Shown piece by piece: positions 35,423 through 44,393 of a stretch of DNA of 47,606 nucleotides (its first letter is position 1; every line of letters begins with the position of its first letter). The stretch lies in the IMG/VR virus record IMGVR_UViG_3300042262_000189, positions 1 to 47,606 of that record; one strand, 5' to 3'. The notes beneath the pieces are model-generated. The model ran no database searches. It worked only from the letters and a program-made list of their open reading frames with translations, and was not told where the DNA came from. This stretch comes from a virus (taxonomy: Duplodnaviria; Caudoviricetes). Both the position numbers and the translations under genes were made by a program.

Positions 35423-36643
35423 ATGTACCAGAAAAAATCGGCAGAAGATCAGCCACAAACAATTAGCGAAATCTCTACCCAACTCACTACGGTGATTGAT
35501 CAGGTCAAAAACTTCGGCGAAGACGTGAAGAAAAAAATGGAGGCAGGAGAAACCGTTTCGCTGGAACTGAAGCAACGAACGGACGAAAGCCTGAATCAAA
35601 TGAACGAGCTGAAAGAACGCCTCACTGAGCTGGAGCAAAAAGGTGCACGCCGCCCGAACGACACACCTCAACAGCGAAAATCGATCGGTGAGCTGGTGGT
35701 CGAAAGTGAAGAGTTCAAAGGGATGGACAGCTCGGCCCGCAAGAGCATCCGTGTAAAGCTTGAGCAGAAAGACATTATGAACGTGCCGGCGACTACGGGC
35801 ACTGGCGTGAGCACAACCAACAGCCTGGTGGTCTCCGATCGTGTTCAGGGCATTATCGCCCCGCCGGAACGCACTCTGACCATCCGTAATCTGCTTATCC
35901 CCGGCAATACCGCATCTAACGGTATTGAATTCGTTCAGGAGACGGGGTTTACCAATAATGCTGCAGCTGTGGCGGAAGGTGCCCTGAAGCCAAAATCAGA
36001 CATTAAGTTTGAGCTGAAAAGTGCGCCGGTTCGTACTATTGCGCATTATTTTAAAGCGTCCCGTCAGATCCTGGACGATGCGCCCGGTCTGGCCAGCTAT
36101 ATCGATGGCCGTGCTCAGTATGGTCTTCGCTTTAAAGAAGAGCAGCAGTTGCTGAGCGGCGATGGTACCGGTGCGAATATCCTCGGCATTCTGCCGCAGG
36201 CAACAGAATTTGCACCAGCCCTTACCTTGTCCGATGCTACTCCGATCGATCGTCTTCGTCTGGCGATTTTGCAGGCTGTTCTTGCGGAATATCCGGCGTC
36301 TGGTTTTGTCCTGAACCCGATTGACTGGGCGGGCATTGAGCTGACCAAAGATAACGAAGGCCGCTATATTATCGCGCAGCCGGTAAATGGTGGTGTTCCG
36401 CGTATCTGGGGTCTCCCTGTTGTGGAAACACAGGCCATGGCGCAGAACAACTTCCTGACCGGGGCGTTTAATATGGCGGCGCAAATCTTCGACCGCATGG
36501 ATATCGAAGTCCTGCTCTCCACCGAAAACGAAGACGACTTTGTTAAAAACATGGTCACCATTCGTGCGGAAGAGCGTCTGGCGTTGGCGGTCTATCGGCC
36601 GGAGGCTTTTGTCACCGGTAATGTAACCGCTTCTGGCGGCTGA
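35423..36643 (+). CDS. Major capsid protein (HK97 fold with delta domain)
   Basis: Coiled-coil N-terminus, VAEGALKP, IWGLPVV, RAEERLAL. Confidence 0.95.
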   Translation: MYQKKSAEDQPQTISEISTQLTTVIDQVKNFGEDVKKKMEAGETVSLELKQRTDESLNQMNELKERLTELEQKGARRPNDTPQQRKSIGELVVESEEFKGMDSSARKSIRVKLEQKDIMNVPATTGTGVSTTNSLVVSDRVQGIIAPPERTLTIRNLLIPGNTASNGIEFVQETGFTNNAAAVAEGALKPKSDIKFELKSAPVRTIAHYFKASRQILDDAPGLASYIDGRAQYGLRFKEEQQLLSGDGTGANILGILPQATEFAPALTLSDATPIDRLRLAILQAVLAEYPASGFVLNPIDWAGIELTKDNEGRYIIAQPVNGGVPRIWGLPVVETQAMAQNNFLTGAFNMAAQIFDRMDIEVLLSTENEDDFVKNMVTIRAEERLALAVYRPEAFVTGNVTASGG

Positions 36644-36685
36644 CAATTCAGGGTCGCTTAGCGGCCCTCTCTTTTTGAGGAGAGC

Positions 36686-36940
36686 ATGATGGCCAGGAAA
36701 AATGTGGCTGAATCTACTGCATCAGTTGACGACAACTTATCACTTGTACCCGATTCCGGGACTATTCAGGTTCAACCTGTCCGGCGGTTTATGGATGGCG
36801 ATATTTTCAGAACGCCAGCCGATGATCCTTTTCACGTTTCTCGCTTACGTGCTGCCGAGCTCAAAGGTAATGGGCTGGTGACGATAGTTGGTGATGTCCC
36901 TGATAACAAAATGAACCGCGCCCCTGAAACCAAAGGGTAA
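36686..36940 (+). CDS. Small head-associated hypothetical protein
   Basis: Follows capsid gene; GAGGAG RBS. Confidence 0.7.
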   Translation: MMARKNVAESTASVDDNLSLVPDSGTIQVQPVRRFMDGDIFRTPADDPFHVSRLRAAELKGNGLVTIVGDVPDNKMNRAPETKG

Positions 36941-36945
36941 TGGTT

Positions 36946-37278
36946 ATGACGGTAATCAACACTGAAACAGCCATGGAACATCTCAGGCTGGATGATGAAA
37001 TTGATAAAACGATGGTGGAGGGGTATCTGGCCGCTGCGGAGGATGCTGCTATGCAGTTTCTTAACCGTCGTTTTTATGTAGACCAGGCCGCGCTGGATAA
37101 TGCAGTTGAAAATGAAGGCGCCGGCGATCGCCCAATTATTATCACGCCCTCTATTCAGAGTGCGGTTCTTCTTATACTGGGCTGGCTGTATGAAAACCGT
37201 GGGGATGACCTGGGCCATGATATCCCTGGTCCTGCGCGTTGGTTGCTTAATCCCTATCGCATAGATATGGGGGTATAA
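36946..37278 (+). CDS. Head-tail connector (gp6-like)
   Basis: HLRLD, AVLLILGWLYENR, LLNPYR. Confidence 0.9.
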   Translation: MTVINTETAMEHLRLDDEIDKTMVEGYLAAAEDAAMQFLNRRFYVDQAALDNAVENEGAGDRPIIITPSIQSAVLLILGWLYENRGDDLGHDIPGPARWLLNPYRIDMGV

Positions 37279-37343
37279 ATATATGGCCTGTGAAGAGTGC
37301 CGCCGTCGGCGTGAATGGTTAAAAAAGTGGACGAAAATTGCCT

Positions 37344-37541
37344 ATGAACGAGCAACAGGTAAACGCGCTGATAGCAGCGCTGACCGAACAGACCGCGGCA
37401 CAAAGAGAACAGACGGAAGCGATAAACCGTCTGGCTGATTCAAACATGGCATTATCTGACGTCATTATCCAGTCGCTTGCCGGCGATCTGGATGAACCAC
37501 CAGAGAAGCAAACTTATCTGAGCGGTAAATCAAGGGGGTAA
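37344..37541 (+). CDS. Small helical hypothetical protein
   Basis: MNEQQVNALIAAL...TYLSG. Confidence 0.6.
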   Translation: MNEQQVNALIAALTEQTAAQREQTEAINRLADSNMALSDVIIQSLAGDLDEPPEKQTYLSGKSRG

Positions 37542-37542
37542 C

Positions 37543-37893
37543 ATGCAGGTCGGAAAACTTCGGCATCGTGTCATTCCACAAAAATTTGTGTCGGTACAAG
37601 ATCCCCAAACTGGAGAGGTTGCGAAAAATTGGGTCAACCTGGTTCAATCTACCGCAGATAACGGGATTTGGGCGGAAGTTTACCCTCTTTCAGCCAGGGA
37701 ATTTACCTCTGCGCAGGCAACCCAGAATGAGATAACCACCAGGATCACCATCCGCCGGCGCGCTGATATTACTGCGCAATGTCGCATCCTATACCGCGGG
37801 AATATTTATAACATTGAGGGCGTACTACCCGATCCTCGCAGCGGAAGAGAATATCTGACGCTTCCTTGCTCCGAGGGTCTAAAAGATGACTGA
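37543..37893 (+). CDS. Head closure protein
   Basis: GKLRHRV, WAEVYPLSARE, YNIEGVLPD. Confidence 0.9.
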   Translation: MQVGKLRHRVIPQKFVSVQDPQTGEVAKNWVNLVQSTADNGIWAEVYPLSAREFTSAQATQNEITTRITIRRRADITAQCRILYRGNIYNIEGVLPDPRSGREYLTLPCSEGLKDD

Positions 37894-38425
37894 TGGCGTA
37901 GAGGTGAATCTTACCGGCCTTGATTCCCTTCTGGGGAAATTAGACGCCGTTTCACAGGTAACTCGCGATAAAACTGGTCGCGCAGCACTGCGTAAGGCGG
38001 CAAACGTAATCCGGGACAGGGCGCGAAATAACGCAGCGCGTGTTGATGATCCTTCCACCAAAGAAGCCATTTACAAAAATATTGTGGTCGCGTTCAGCAG
38101 CAAAACGTTCCGCAGAACGGGCGATCCGACATTTCGTATCGGTGTAATGGGCGGTGCGAGGCAATACGCCAATACTAAGGACAATGTCCGAAAAGGCAGG
38201 GCCGGAAAGAGTTATAAAACGGCGGGGGATAAAGGGAACCCCGGCGGCGATACCTGGTACTGGCGATTTCCGGAATTCGGGACCGAACACATGGCTGCGA
38301 AGCCAATGCTGCGCCCGGCGGTAAATGGCGTTGATACCGACGTGATCAACGTTTTTGCTGTGGAGCTTGAGAAGGCCATCGATCGCGCTGTTCGGCGAGC
38401 GGCTAAAAAAGGAACTTCGGTATGA
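37886..38425 (+). CDS. HK97 gp10-family neck/tail completion protein
   Basis: WYWRFPEFGTEHMAAKPMLRPA. Confidence 0.9.
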   Translation: MTDGVEVNLTGLDSLLGKLDAVSQVTRDKTGRAALRKAANVIRDRARNNAARVDDPSTKEAIYKNIVVAFSSKTFRRTGDPTFRIGVMGGARQYANTKDNVRKGRAGKSYKTAGDKGNPGGDTWYWRFPEFGTEHMAAKPMLRPAVNGVDTDVINVFAVELEKAIDRAVRRAAKKGTSV

Positions 38426-38787
38426 TTGCCCCAATATTTGCAGCTTGTGCTGCCAGCCAGGCGGTAAAGAATATGTTAGGTGCTAATCCCGTGCGGTTTT
38501 ATCCGTTCGGTCTACAGGACGACAACATTGTGTACCCCTACGCGGTCTGGCAAAACATCGGCGGATCCCCTGAGAATTACTTAAGCCAGCGTCCTGATGC
38601 TGATCGTTATTCTCTTCAGGTTGATGTTTATGGTGATACCGCCGCTGACGTTATCGCCGTGGCCCGCGCATTGCGTGATGCCATTGAAGGTAAAGCTTAT
38701 ATCACCCGGTGGGGGGATCAAAACCGCGATCCGGAAACAAAGCGATACCGCTACTCCTTCGATGTTGACTGGATAACGACCAGGTAA
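38422..38787 (+). CDS. Tail terminator (DUF3168-like)
   Basis: YPYAVWQ, LQVDVY; position before tail tube. Confidence 0.85.
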   Translation: MIAPIFAACAASQAVKNMLGANPVRFYPFGLQDDNIVYPYAVWQNIGGSPENYLSQRPDADRYSLQVDVYGDTAADVIAVARALRDAIEGKAYITRWGDQNRDPETKRYRYSFDVDWITTR

Positions 38788-38844
38788 CCAACAACCCAAA
38801 ACTGACCCGCCTTGTGCGGGTTTTTCTTTTTATGGAGATAAACA

Positions 38845-39336
38845 ATGTCTGTATTAACGCAAGGCACGCAGTTCTTCGTGCTTAAAACCGGCGTGGTCAG
38901 CGAGGTTGAATGTATAACCAGCTTCAACCCTGGCGGCAACCCTGCCGATCAGATCGACGATACCTGCCTGAGTGAGCGCGATTCCAGGACCTACAAAAAA
39001 GGCCTTAAAACGCCAGCATCCGCAACCGTCGGGCTTAATGCTGATCCGACGAACGCCAGCCATATTATGTTGCATGGACTCTCTGAAGCTAATGACCAAA
39101 CGCCATTAACGTTTGCTGTGGGCTGGTCTGATGGTACCAGCGTTCCGACTGTTGCAGCTGCAGGGGATGAAGATGCTGTTGATGGGCTAGTTCTGCCATC
39201 AGATCGCACCTGGTTTATTTTCCAGGGTTATGTTTCCGATTTCCCGTTTGATTTTCAGGGCAACGCGGTTGTGACGAGCTCGGCCACTATTCAGCGTTCC
39301 GGCTCCGCAGTGTGGGTGACGAAAGCCGCAGCATAA
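38845..39336 (+). CDS. Major tail tube protein
   Basis: [22 protein letters not shown]. Confidence 0.9.
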   Translation: MSVLTQGTQFFVLKTGVVSEVECITSFNPGGNPADQIDDTCLSERDSRTYKKGLKTPASATVGLNADPTNASHIMLHGLSEANDQTPLTFAVGWSDGTSVPTVAAAGDEDAVDGLVLPSDRTWFIFQGYVSDFPFDFQGNAVVTSSATIQRSGSAVWVTKAAA

Positions 39337-39379
39337 TAATTATGCCCGGTAATCCGGGCTTTATTCTTCAGGAGTTAAA

Positions 39380-39763
39380 ATGCAACTTACCCTCGATACG
39401 TTAAAAGAAACCGGGGCATTCACTGGCCGCCCGGTAGAGAAAGAGATCAAATGGAAAGGTCGCGACGGGAAAGAACATATCGCCACCGTCTTTGTTCGCC
39501 CAATGGGCTATCACACCACAAAAGCCTCAATACTGGCTTACAAAGGGATATCTGACCCAGTAGCAGGACGCATCTCTGCTCACATTTGCAATGAAGCAGG
39601 AGAACCAATCTTTACCGAAGAAGACATTCTTGGCACAGCATCGGAAGAGCGCGGAGCGCTTGATGGCCCGATCGTTATTGCCCTACTAACTGTTATTCAG
39701 GAAGTAAACGAGTTGGGAAAGATTACCAACTCACAGGAGAAGATGAATTCTGGTGTGAGTTAG
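39380..39763 (+). CDS. Tail assembly chaperone (G-like)
   Basis: Follows tail tube; slippery site near the 3' end. Confidence 0.88.
   Translation: MQLTLDTLKETGAFTGRPVEKEIKWKGRDGKEHIATVFVRPMGYHTTKASILAYKGISDPVAGRISAHICNEAGEPIFTEEDILGTASEERGALDGPIVIALLTVIQEVNELGKITNSQEKMNSGVS
39715..39721 (+). other. Programmed -1 frameshift site (G-T fusion)
   Basis: G GGA AAG as in lambda G-T; the -1 frame is open through to 40029. Confidence 0.85.
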
Positions 39764-40029
39764 TGATGAACGGTATAGGTGGCCGTACCATTGCAGAAGC
39801 ACAGGAGCGCATGAGTATTCGCGAGTTTCAGATTTGGCTACGATATCGTGAAAAGTACGGACAGTTAAACAACATGATGCGCATCGAGTGGGGAGCCTCG
39901 CTGGTTGCATCTGTCCTAGCGAACATCAATAAGTCAAAGAATACGCCAACTTTTAAGGTTAGCGACTTTGCACCACATATCAACGAATCCCCATTATCTC
40001 TTGAAGAAGCAATGAAAAGTTGGGACTGA
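39718..40029 (+). CDS. Tail assembly chaperone T-like frame
   Basis: ..EDEFWCELVMNGIGGRTIAEAQERMS.. Confidence 0.85.
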   Translation, partial: KDYQLTGEDEFWCELVMNGIGGRTIAEAQERMSIREFQIWLRYREKYGQLNNMMRIEWGASLVASVLANINKSKNTPTFKVSDFAPHINESPLSLEEAMKSWD

Positions 40030-40087
40030 GGTAATCTTTATTGTATTGTTGAGTACTTATATAGATATGGGTCTATGAGGTCTCGCG

Positions 40088-40465
40088 ATGAATAAAACTG
40101 TACTCGGTTTGTGTATTTCCTTAATGTGCTTTACAAGTTTAGCTAGCGCAAAAATAACTTATTTATCTTGTCCTAAATTAGATGAAAGAGCACCAGATCT
40201 TATTGTTGTACTTGATCAAAGTAATGGGTCAGCTTCTCTCCAGTCACCATCTATGGGGAGTGGTTTGAATTTTACTGCTCCTGCAGCGTTTGGCCCATCT
40301 GAGGTGACATGGCGTAAGGATTCGGCAAAACTGAAGCAAACTTACTCTGTTGATAGAGCAACGCTTGTTTTGAAGAGAACAACTTATAGTGCGATGACTA
40401 ATAGTACCCACTCTGATGTTGCAGACTGTAAAATAAGTAAGCCACCAACAAAGAATAAGTTCTGA
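40088..40465 (+). CDS. Secreted moron protein between chaperone and tape measure genes
   Basis: Signal peptide, two mature Cys, AT-rich, own terminator at 40473-40497. Confidence 0.78.
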   Translation: MNKTVLGLCISLMCFTSLASAKITYLSCPKLDERAPDLIVVLDQSNGSASLQSPSMGSGLNFTAPAAFGPSEVTWRKDSAKLKQTYSVDRATLVLKRTTYSAMTNSTHSDVADCKISKPPTKNKF

Positions 40466-40513
40466 CAAATATAAACCCGCTTCGGCGGGTTTTTTTTATT
40501 CCTCGGAGAAAGT

Positions 40514-43051
40514 ATGGCTGGAAAGTCCCTTGGTACATTAACAATTGACCTGATTGCGAAGGTCGGCGGATTTGTCCAGGGAATGGATAAAGCCGAAAGG
40601 GCATCCCAAAAATGGCGCGACCAGGTAAAAAAAGACGCTCAGGAAATCAGTGCTTCCATTATTGCCGTTGGCGCCGCAGCGGCAACGGCTGCCGTTGGAA
40701 TTGGTGCAGCCGGACTGGCGATAGTAAAAAATACAGCACAGCAGGTGACTGAGGCCGATCGTTGGGCTAAATCTTTAAAAATGTCCACTCAGGATTTGTT
40801 ATCCTGGCAATACGCAGCTGAGCAAGCAGGTTTAACCGGCGATAACATAGCTGATATTTTCAAAGACATTAATGATAAAGTTGGCGATGCGGTCCTGAAC
40901 AAATCAGGTGAGGCTGCACAGGCGCTAGATACTCTCGGGCTTTCAGCTCAGAAGCTGGCCCAGCAATCCCCTGATAAGCAGTTGTTGGCTATTAGCTCGG
41001 CATTACAAAAAATACCTTCTCAGGCAGGCAAAACTAACATTCTCGAAAGCCTGGGGAATGATCTGTCAAAAATGCTGCCGTTGTTCGACAACAATAACGA
41101 AAAGCTAAAGCAGTTCCTTCAGTTATCAAAGGATTTTGGCATAGCCCCACCGCAGGAAGATATTGATAACCTGGTTAAAGTTAATCAGTTTTTCCAGGAT
41201 ATTGAGACAAGCGCTCGCGGCTTAAAAATGGAAATTGCTTCTGGCCTGGCAAAGGTAGATTTATCCCCTCTGCAGGACGGACTTGATAGTATCCATGATG
41301 TGTTCACTGACCCTGCTATCCTGCAGGGCCTGTCCGATCTGGTAGGGGAGGCGATCAGTTTAGCTGGTGTAGTTGGTCGCATTGCTGGTGGACTTGGCGC
41401 CATCGCTTCCTATACACGCTCGCGGATCGGTGCGGTATCAGGAAATTATGATTCAGCTGACGAAAATGATGTAGCGCAACGAATTGAATTCCTCAATAAA
41501 AGAGGCAATCAAAGCAAAGAGCAAAAAGATGAATTAGATTTTTTAAATAAACGTCTTCAGTATCTGCGAGCCATCAAATCAAGCTTAACCCCAGAGGACG
41601 TGGAGAGAGGAGCTAATGGGTTAACCTCGCTCCTATCTGACATGGGAATAGATCAGCAAAAAGGTAACGATTATAATCTGGGGAAAGGGCAGTCCAATCA
41701 GAAGATAACACCAAAGAGCAATTCATCTGATAACGCGTTTAAAAACCGACTTTTGGACCTGCAAAAACAAGCCGCTCTAATTGAAACGACGGGTAAAAAA
41801 ACAGCTGAAGTTACAGCGCTGGAGAAAGTAAATTTTGATATAACCAGCGGCAATCTGAAAAAAATATCTGAAGGGCAGAAGGAACAACTGCGTATTGCCG
41901 CCAAGTTCCTCGACTCCAAAAAGGAAGAGTTACGCCTTAATCAGGAAAGTGCAAAAGTAGCTGAGTTTGTTGCCGGACTTGATAGACAGAATAAACTAAT
42001 AAAACAAGGGTATGACAACGATCTAATGGGCCGCTCTTTGGGTTCAAAGGATCGCGGTAGAATGCATGAAACAAATAGTATTCAGCAGGATTTTGAATCA
42101 AGGAAAGAGGATTTATTAAAACAATATCAGTCTGGTGATATTACCAAATCACTATATGATTCTGAAACTGATGCGTTAAAGTCTGCCCTTGAAGAACGCT
42201 TGCAAATACAACAGGATTATTATAAGGCGTCGGATGATTTAAGTAATGATTGGGAGTCTGGTATATCAAGTGCATTAGCTGACTTCGCTGATAATTCCAG
42301 TGATTATTATCAGCAAGCAGCTGATGCGATGACATCAATATTGGGCTCTGCTACAGATTCAATTTCAGACCATTTGTATGATGTCATCAGTGGTACAGAA
42401 TCGATGGGAGAAGCTATAAAGGGAATTTTTTCCGATCTTGGGACGTCAGTCATTAAAGCTTTAGTTGATATGGCTGCTCAATGGATTGTTTATCAAGGTG
42501 TTCAGATGCTGGTGAACAAAACAGCCCAGGCTTCTGCTATCCCTGCGATGATCGCCAACGCACAAGCAACATCACTTCAAGCTCAAATCGCAGCATATGC
42601 ATCAACTGCGGCTATACCAATTGTTGGGCCAGCGCTGGCCCCGGCAGCTATGGCGGCAGCGGCGGCTATAACAACCCCTTTAGTCGCTGCTGTAGGTGCA
42701 TCAGCACTTGCTGGTATGGCCCACGATGGTATTGACTCTGTACCAGAAACCGGAACATGGCTCTTGCAGCAAGGCGAGCGCGTCACGACGGCTAAAACCA
42801 GTGCGAAACTTGACGCCACCCTGGACAGGGTTGCAACCCAGTCAACCGGCGGCGGTGCTATTTACGCTCCTAATATTTCTATCCCTATCAATGGTAACCC
42901 ATCGGATGCCACGGTCGCCCTGGTACGTAAAGCCGCTGCTGAGGGCGCCGAACGCGGCTATCGAAAAGCCGTCAACTCGGTGACTGCCGGCCAGGGTGAT
43001 CTGCACAGGGCACTAATGGTGAAAACTAACTCGGGGAGGAAAATTCGCTGA
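40514..43051 (+). CDS. Tail tape measure protein
   Basis: 845 aa, Ala-rich helical; LGTLTIDL start; AHDGIDSVPETGTWLLQQGERV. Confidence 0.93.
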   Translation: MAGKSLGTLTIDLIAKVGGFVQGMDKAERASQKWRDQVKKDAQEISASIIAVGAAAATAAVGIGAAGLAIVKNTAQQVTEADRWAKSLKMSTQDLLSWQYAAEQAGLTGDNIADIFKDINDKVGDAVLNKSGEAAQALDTLGLSAQKLAQQSPDKQLLAISSALQKIPSQAGKTNILESLGNDLSKMLPLFDNNNEKLKQFLQLSKDFGIAPPQEDIDNLVKVNQFFQDIETSARGLKMEIASGLAKVDLSPLQDGLDSIHDVFTDPAILQGLSDLVGEAISLAGVVGRIAGGLGAIASYTRSRIGAVSGNYDSADENDVAQRIEFLNKRGNQSKEQKDELDFLNKRLQYLRAIKSSLTPEDVERGANGLTSLLSDMGIDQQKGNDYNLGKGQSNQKITPKSNSSDNAFKNRLLDLQKQAALIETTGKKTAEVTALEKVNFDITSGNLKKISEGQKEQLRIAAKFLDSKKEELRLNQESAKVAEFVAGLDRQNKLIKQGYDNDLMGRSLGSKDRGRMHETNSIQQDFESRKEDLLKQYQSGDITKSLYDSETDALKSALEERLQIQQDYYKASDDLSNDWESGISSALADFADNSSDYYQQAADAMTSILGSATDSISDHLYDVISGTESMGEAIKGIFSDLGTSVIKALVDMAAQWIVYQGVQMLVNKTAQASAIPAMIANAQATSLQAQIAAYASTAAIPIVGPALAPAAMAAAAAITTPLVAAVGASALAGMAHDGIDSVPETGTWLLQQGERVTTAKTSAKLDATLDRVATQSTGGGAIYAPNISIPINGNPSDATVALVRKAAAEGAERGYRKAVNSVTAGQGDLHRALMVKTNSGRKIR

Positions 43052-43530
43052 TGGCTATTACCACACCGATATTTTATCCCTCTGACTATTTGCCGGGGCC
43101 TCTGAAAGATAGTTTTGGGTTGAAGCCTATATCCCCGCTAAAACGCACCGATATGGTCACGGGTCGCAGCCGCCAAAGGCGAGCCTACACCTCTGTGCCG
43201 ACCAATACGGATATTGCATGGATATTTAACGATGCTCAGGCGCAGGCTTTTGAAGCCTGGTTCCGGGATGTTCTTACTGACGGTAGCGCCTGGTTCAACA
43301 TGCCACTGCTTACACCCGTCGGGCAAAAAAATTATGTCTGCAGGTTTAACGATATCTATGAGGGACCCACTCCTGAAGGAGGCCTGTACTGGCGGTATTC
43401 AGCGTCCATTGAGTTATGGGAACGCCCGTTGCCGGCGGTTGGCTGGGGACAATATCCGGAGTGGATTGTCGGGAGTTCATTACTCGATATCGCTTTGAAC
43501 AGGGAGTGGCCTAAACATGACAGCGATTAA
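43051..43530 (+). CDS. Distal tail/minor tail protein
   Basis: Follows TMP; RQRR, FEAWFRD, WFNMPL. Confidence 0.82.
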   Translation: MAITTPIFYPSDYLPGPLKDSFGLKPISPLKRTDMVTGRSRQRRAYTSVPTNTDIAWIFNDAQAQAFEAWFRDVLTDGSAWFNMPLLTPVGQKNYVCRFNDIYEGPTPEGGLYWRYSASIELWERPLPAVGWGQYPEWIVGSSLLDIALNREWPKHDSD

Positions 43531-43999
43531 CCGCCTTTATGCGTCCTCCGGGGAGGAGGTCATCATCGGTACGTTACAGGTCGATATTGGCGGCCAGTCT
43601 CATTATTTGTGTGAGGGGTACGAGGATATTACGGCCATTACCGAAGAGGGCGTGACCGTAACGTTTATTGCCTGCGCCATTGTTCTTTCTCTTCCTGCCA
43701 GAAACGAGGATGGCACGCAGGACCTGAAATTTATGCTGTGCAATATCGATGGTGTGGTTTCCACTGCTATACGCGGGGCTATTGATACCATATCCACTGC
43801 CAGCATTACGTTCAGGAAATACATCTCCACCGACCTGACCGCGCCAGCGGAGCCGCCTTACATCATGCCGGTTAAAGGAGGCTCGTGGACGCCGCTTACG
43901 GTGAATGTGACCGCCGGATTTAAAAACATGCTCGATTACGCATGGCCGCGAGATCGCTACACCCTCACGTACTTCCAGGGTCTTCGTTACTCCCGATAG
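43517..43999 (+). CDS. Minor tail protein (DUF1833-like)
   Basis: RLYASS.., WPRDRY..FQGLRY; synteny. Confidence 0.8.
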   Translation: MTAINRLYASSGEEVIIGTLQVDIGGQSHYLCEGYEDITAITEEGVTVTFIACAIVLSLPARNEDGTQDLKFMLCNIDGVVSTAIRGAIDTISTASITFRKYISTDLTAPAEPPYIMPVKGGSWTPLTVNVTAGFKNMLDYAWPRDRYTLTYFQGLRYSR

Positions 44000-44006
44000 G
44001 TATCCC

Positions 44007-44393
44007 ATGCTCAACATTGATAAATACCTGACTGTCCGCTGGCAGATGGGCGGCCGCGCTTTTCCTGTTCTCGACTGCTACGGCATTGTGCATGAGGTTC
44101 GCCGTGACCTCGGGCTGCCTGAATGGCCCGCGTTTGAGGCTGTGATTAAAGAGCGTGGCAGCCCTGAAATGGGGAAGGTCTGCGAGAGTTTTTCGCGTGA
44201 CCTGACTCCCTGCAGGCCGTGCAACGGAGCGGTAGCCGCCTGCTACATGGGGAAAATGATCGGCCATCTTGGCGTCGTTGTCGAAATGGAGGGGTTGCTT
44301 TACGTGATCGAATGCAATCCCCGGCGCAACGTAACCATTCTCCCCCTGGCGCGTTTTGAACGTCAGTTCCTGAAAGTGGAGTATTACCAGTGA
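44007..44393 (+). CDS. NlpC/P60-like tail tip assembly protein
   Basis: GGR..LDCYG..HLGVV. Confidence 0.82.
   Translation: MLNIDKYLTVRWQMGGRAFPVLDCYGIVHEVRRDLGLPEWPAFEAVIKERGSPEMGKVCESFSRDLTPCRPCNGAVAACYMGKMIGHLGVVVEMEGLLYVIECNPRRNVTILPLARFERQFLKVEYYQ

Noticed and set aside
35996-36646. 216-aa minus-strand ORF
   Set aside because: Antisense shadow of the major capsid gene.
39715-39721. Frameshift between the tail chaperone frames as a pseudogene or novelty
   Set aside because: Canonical programmed lambda G-T-type frameshift.
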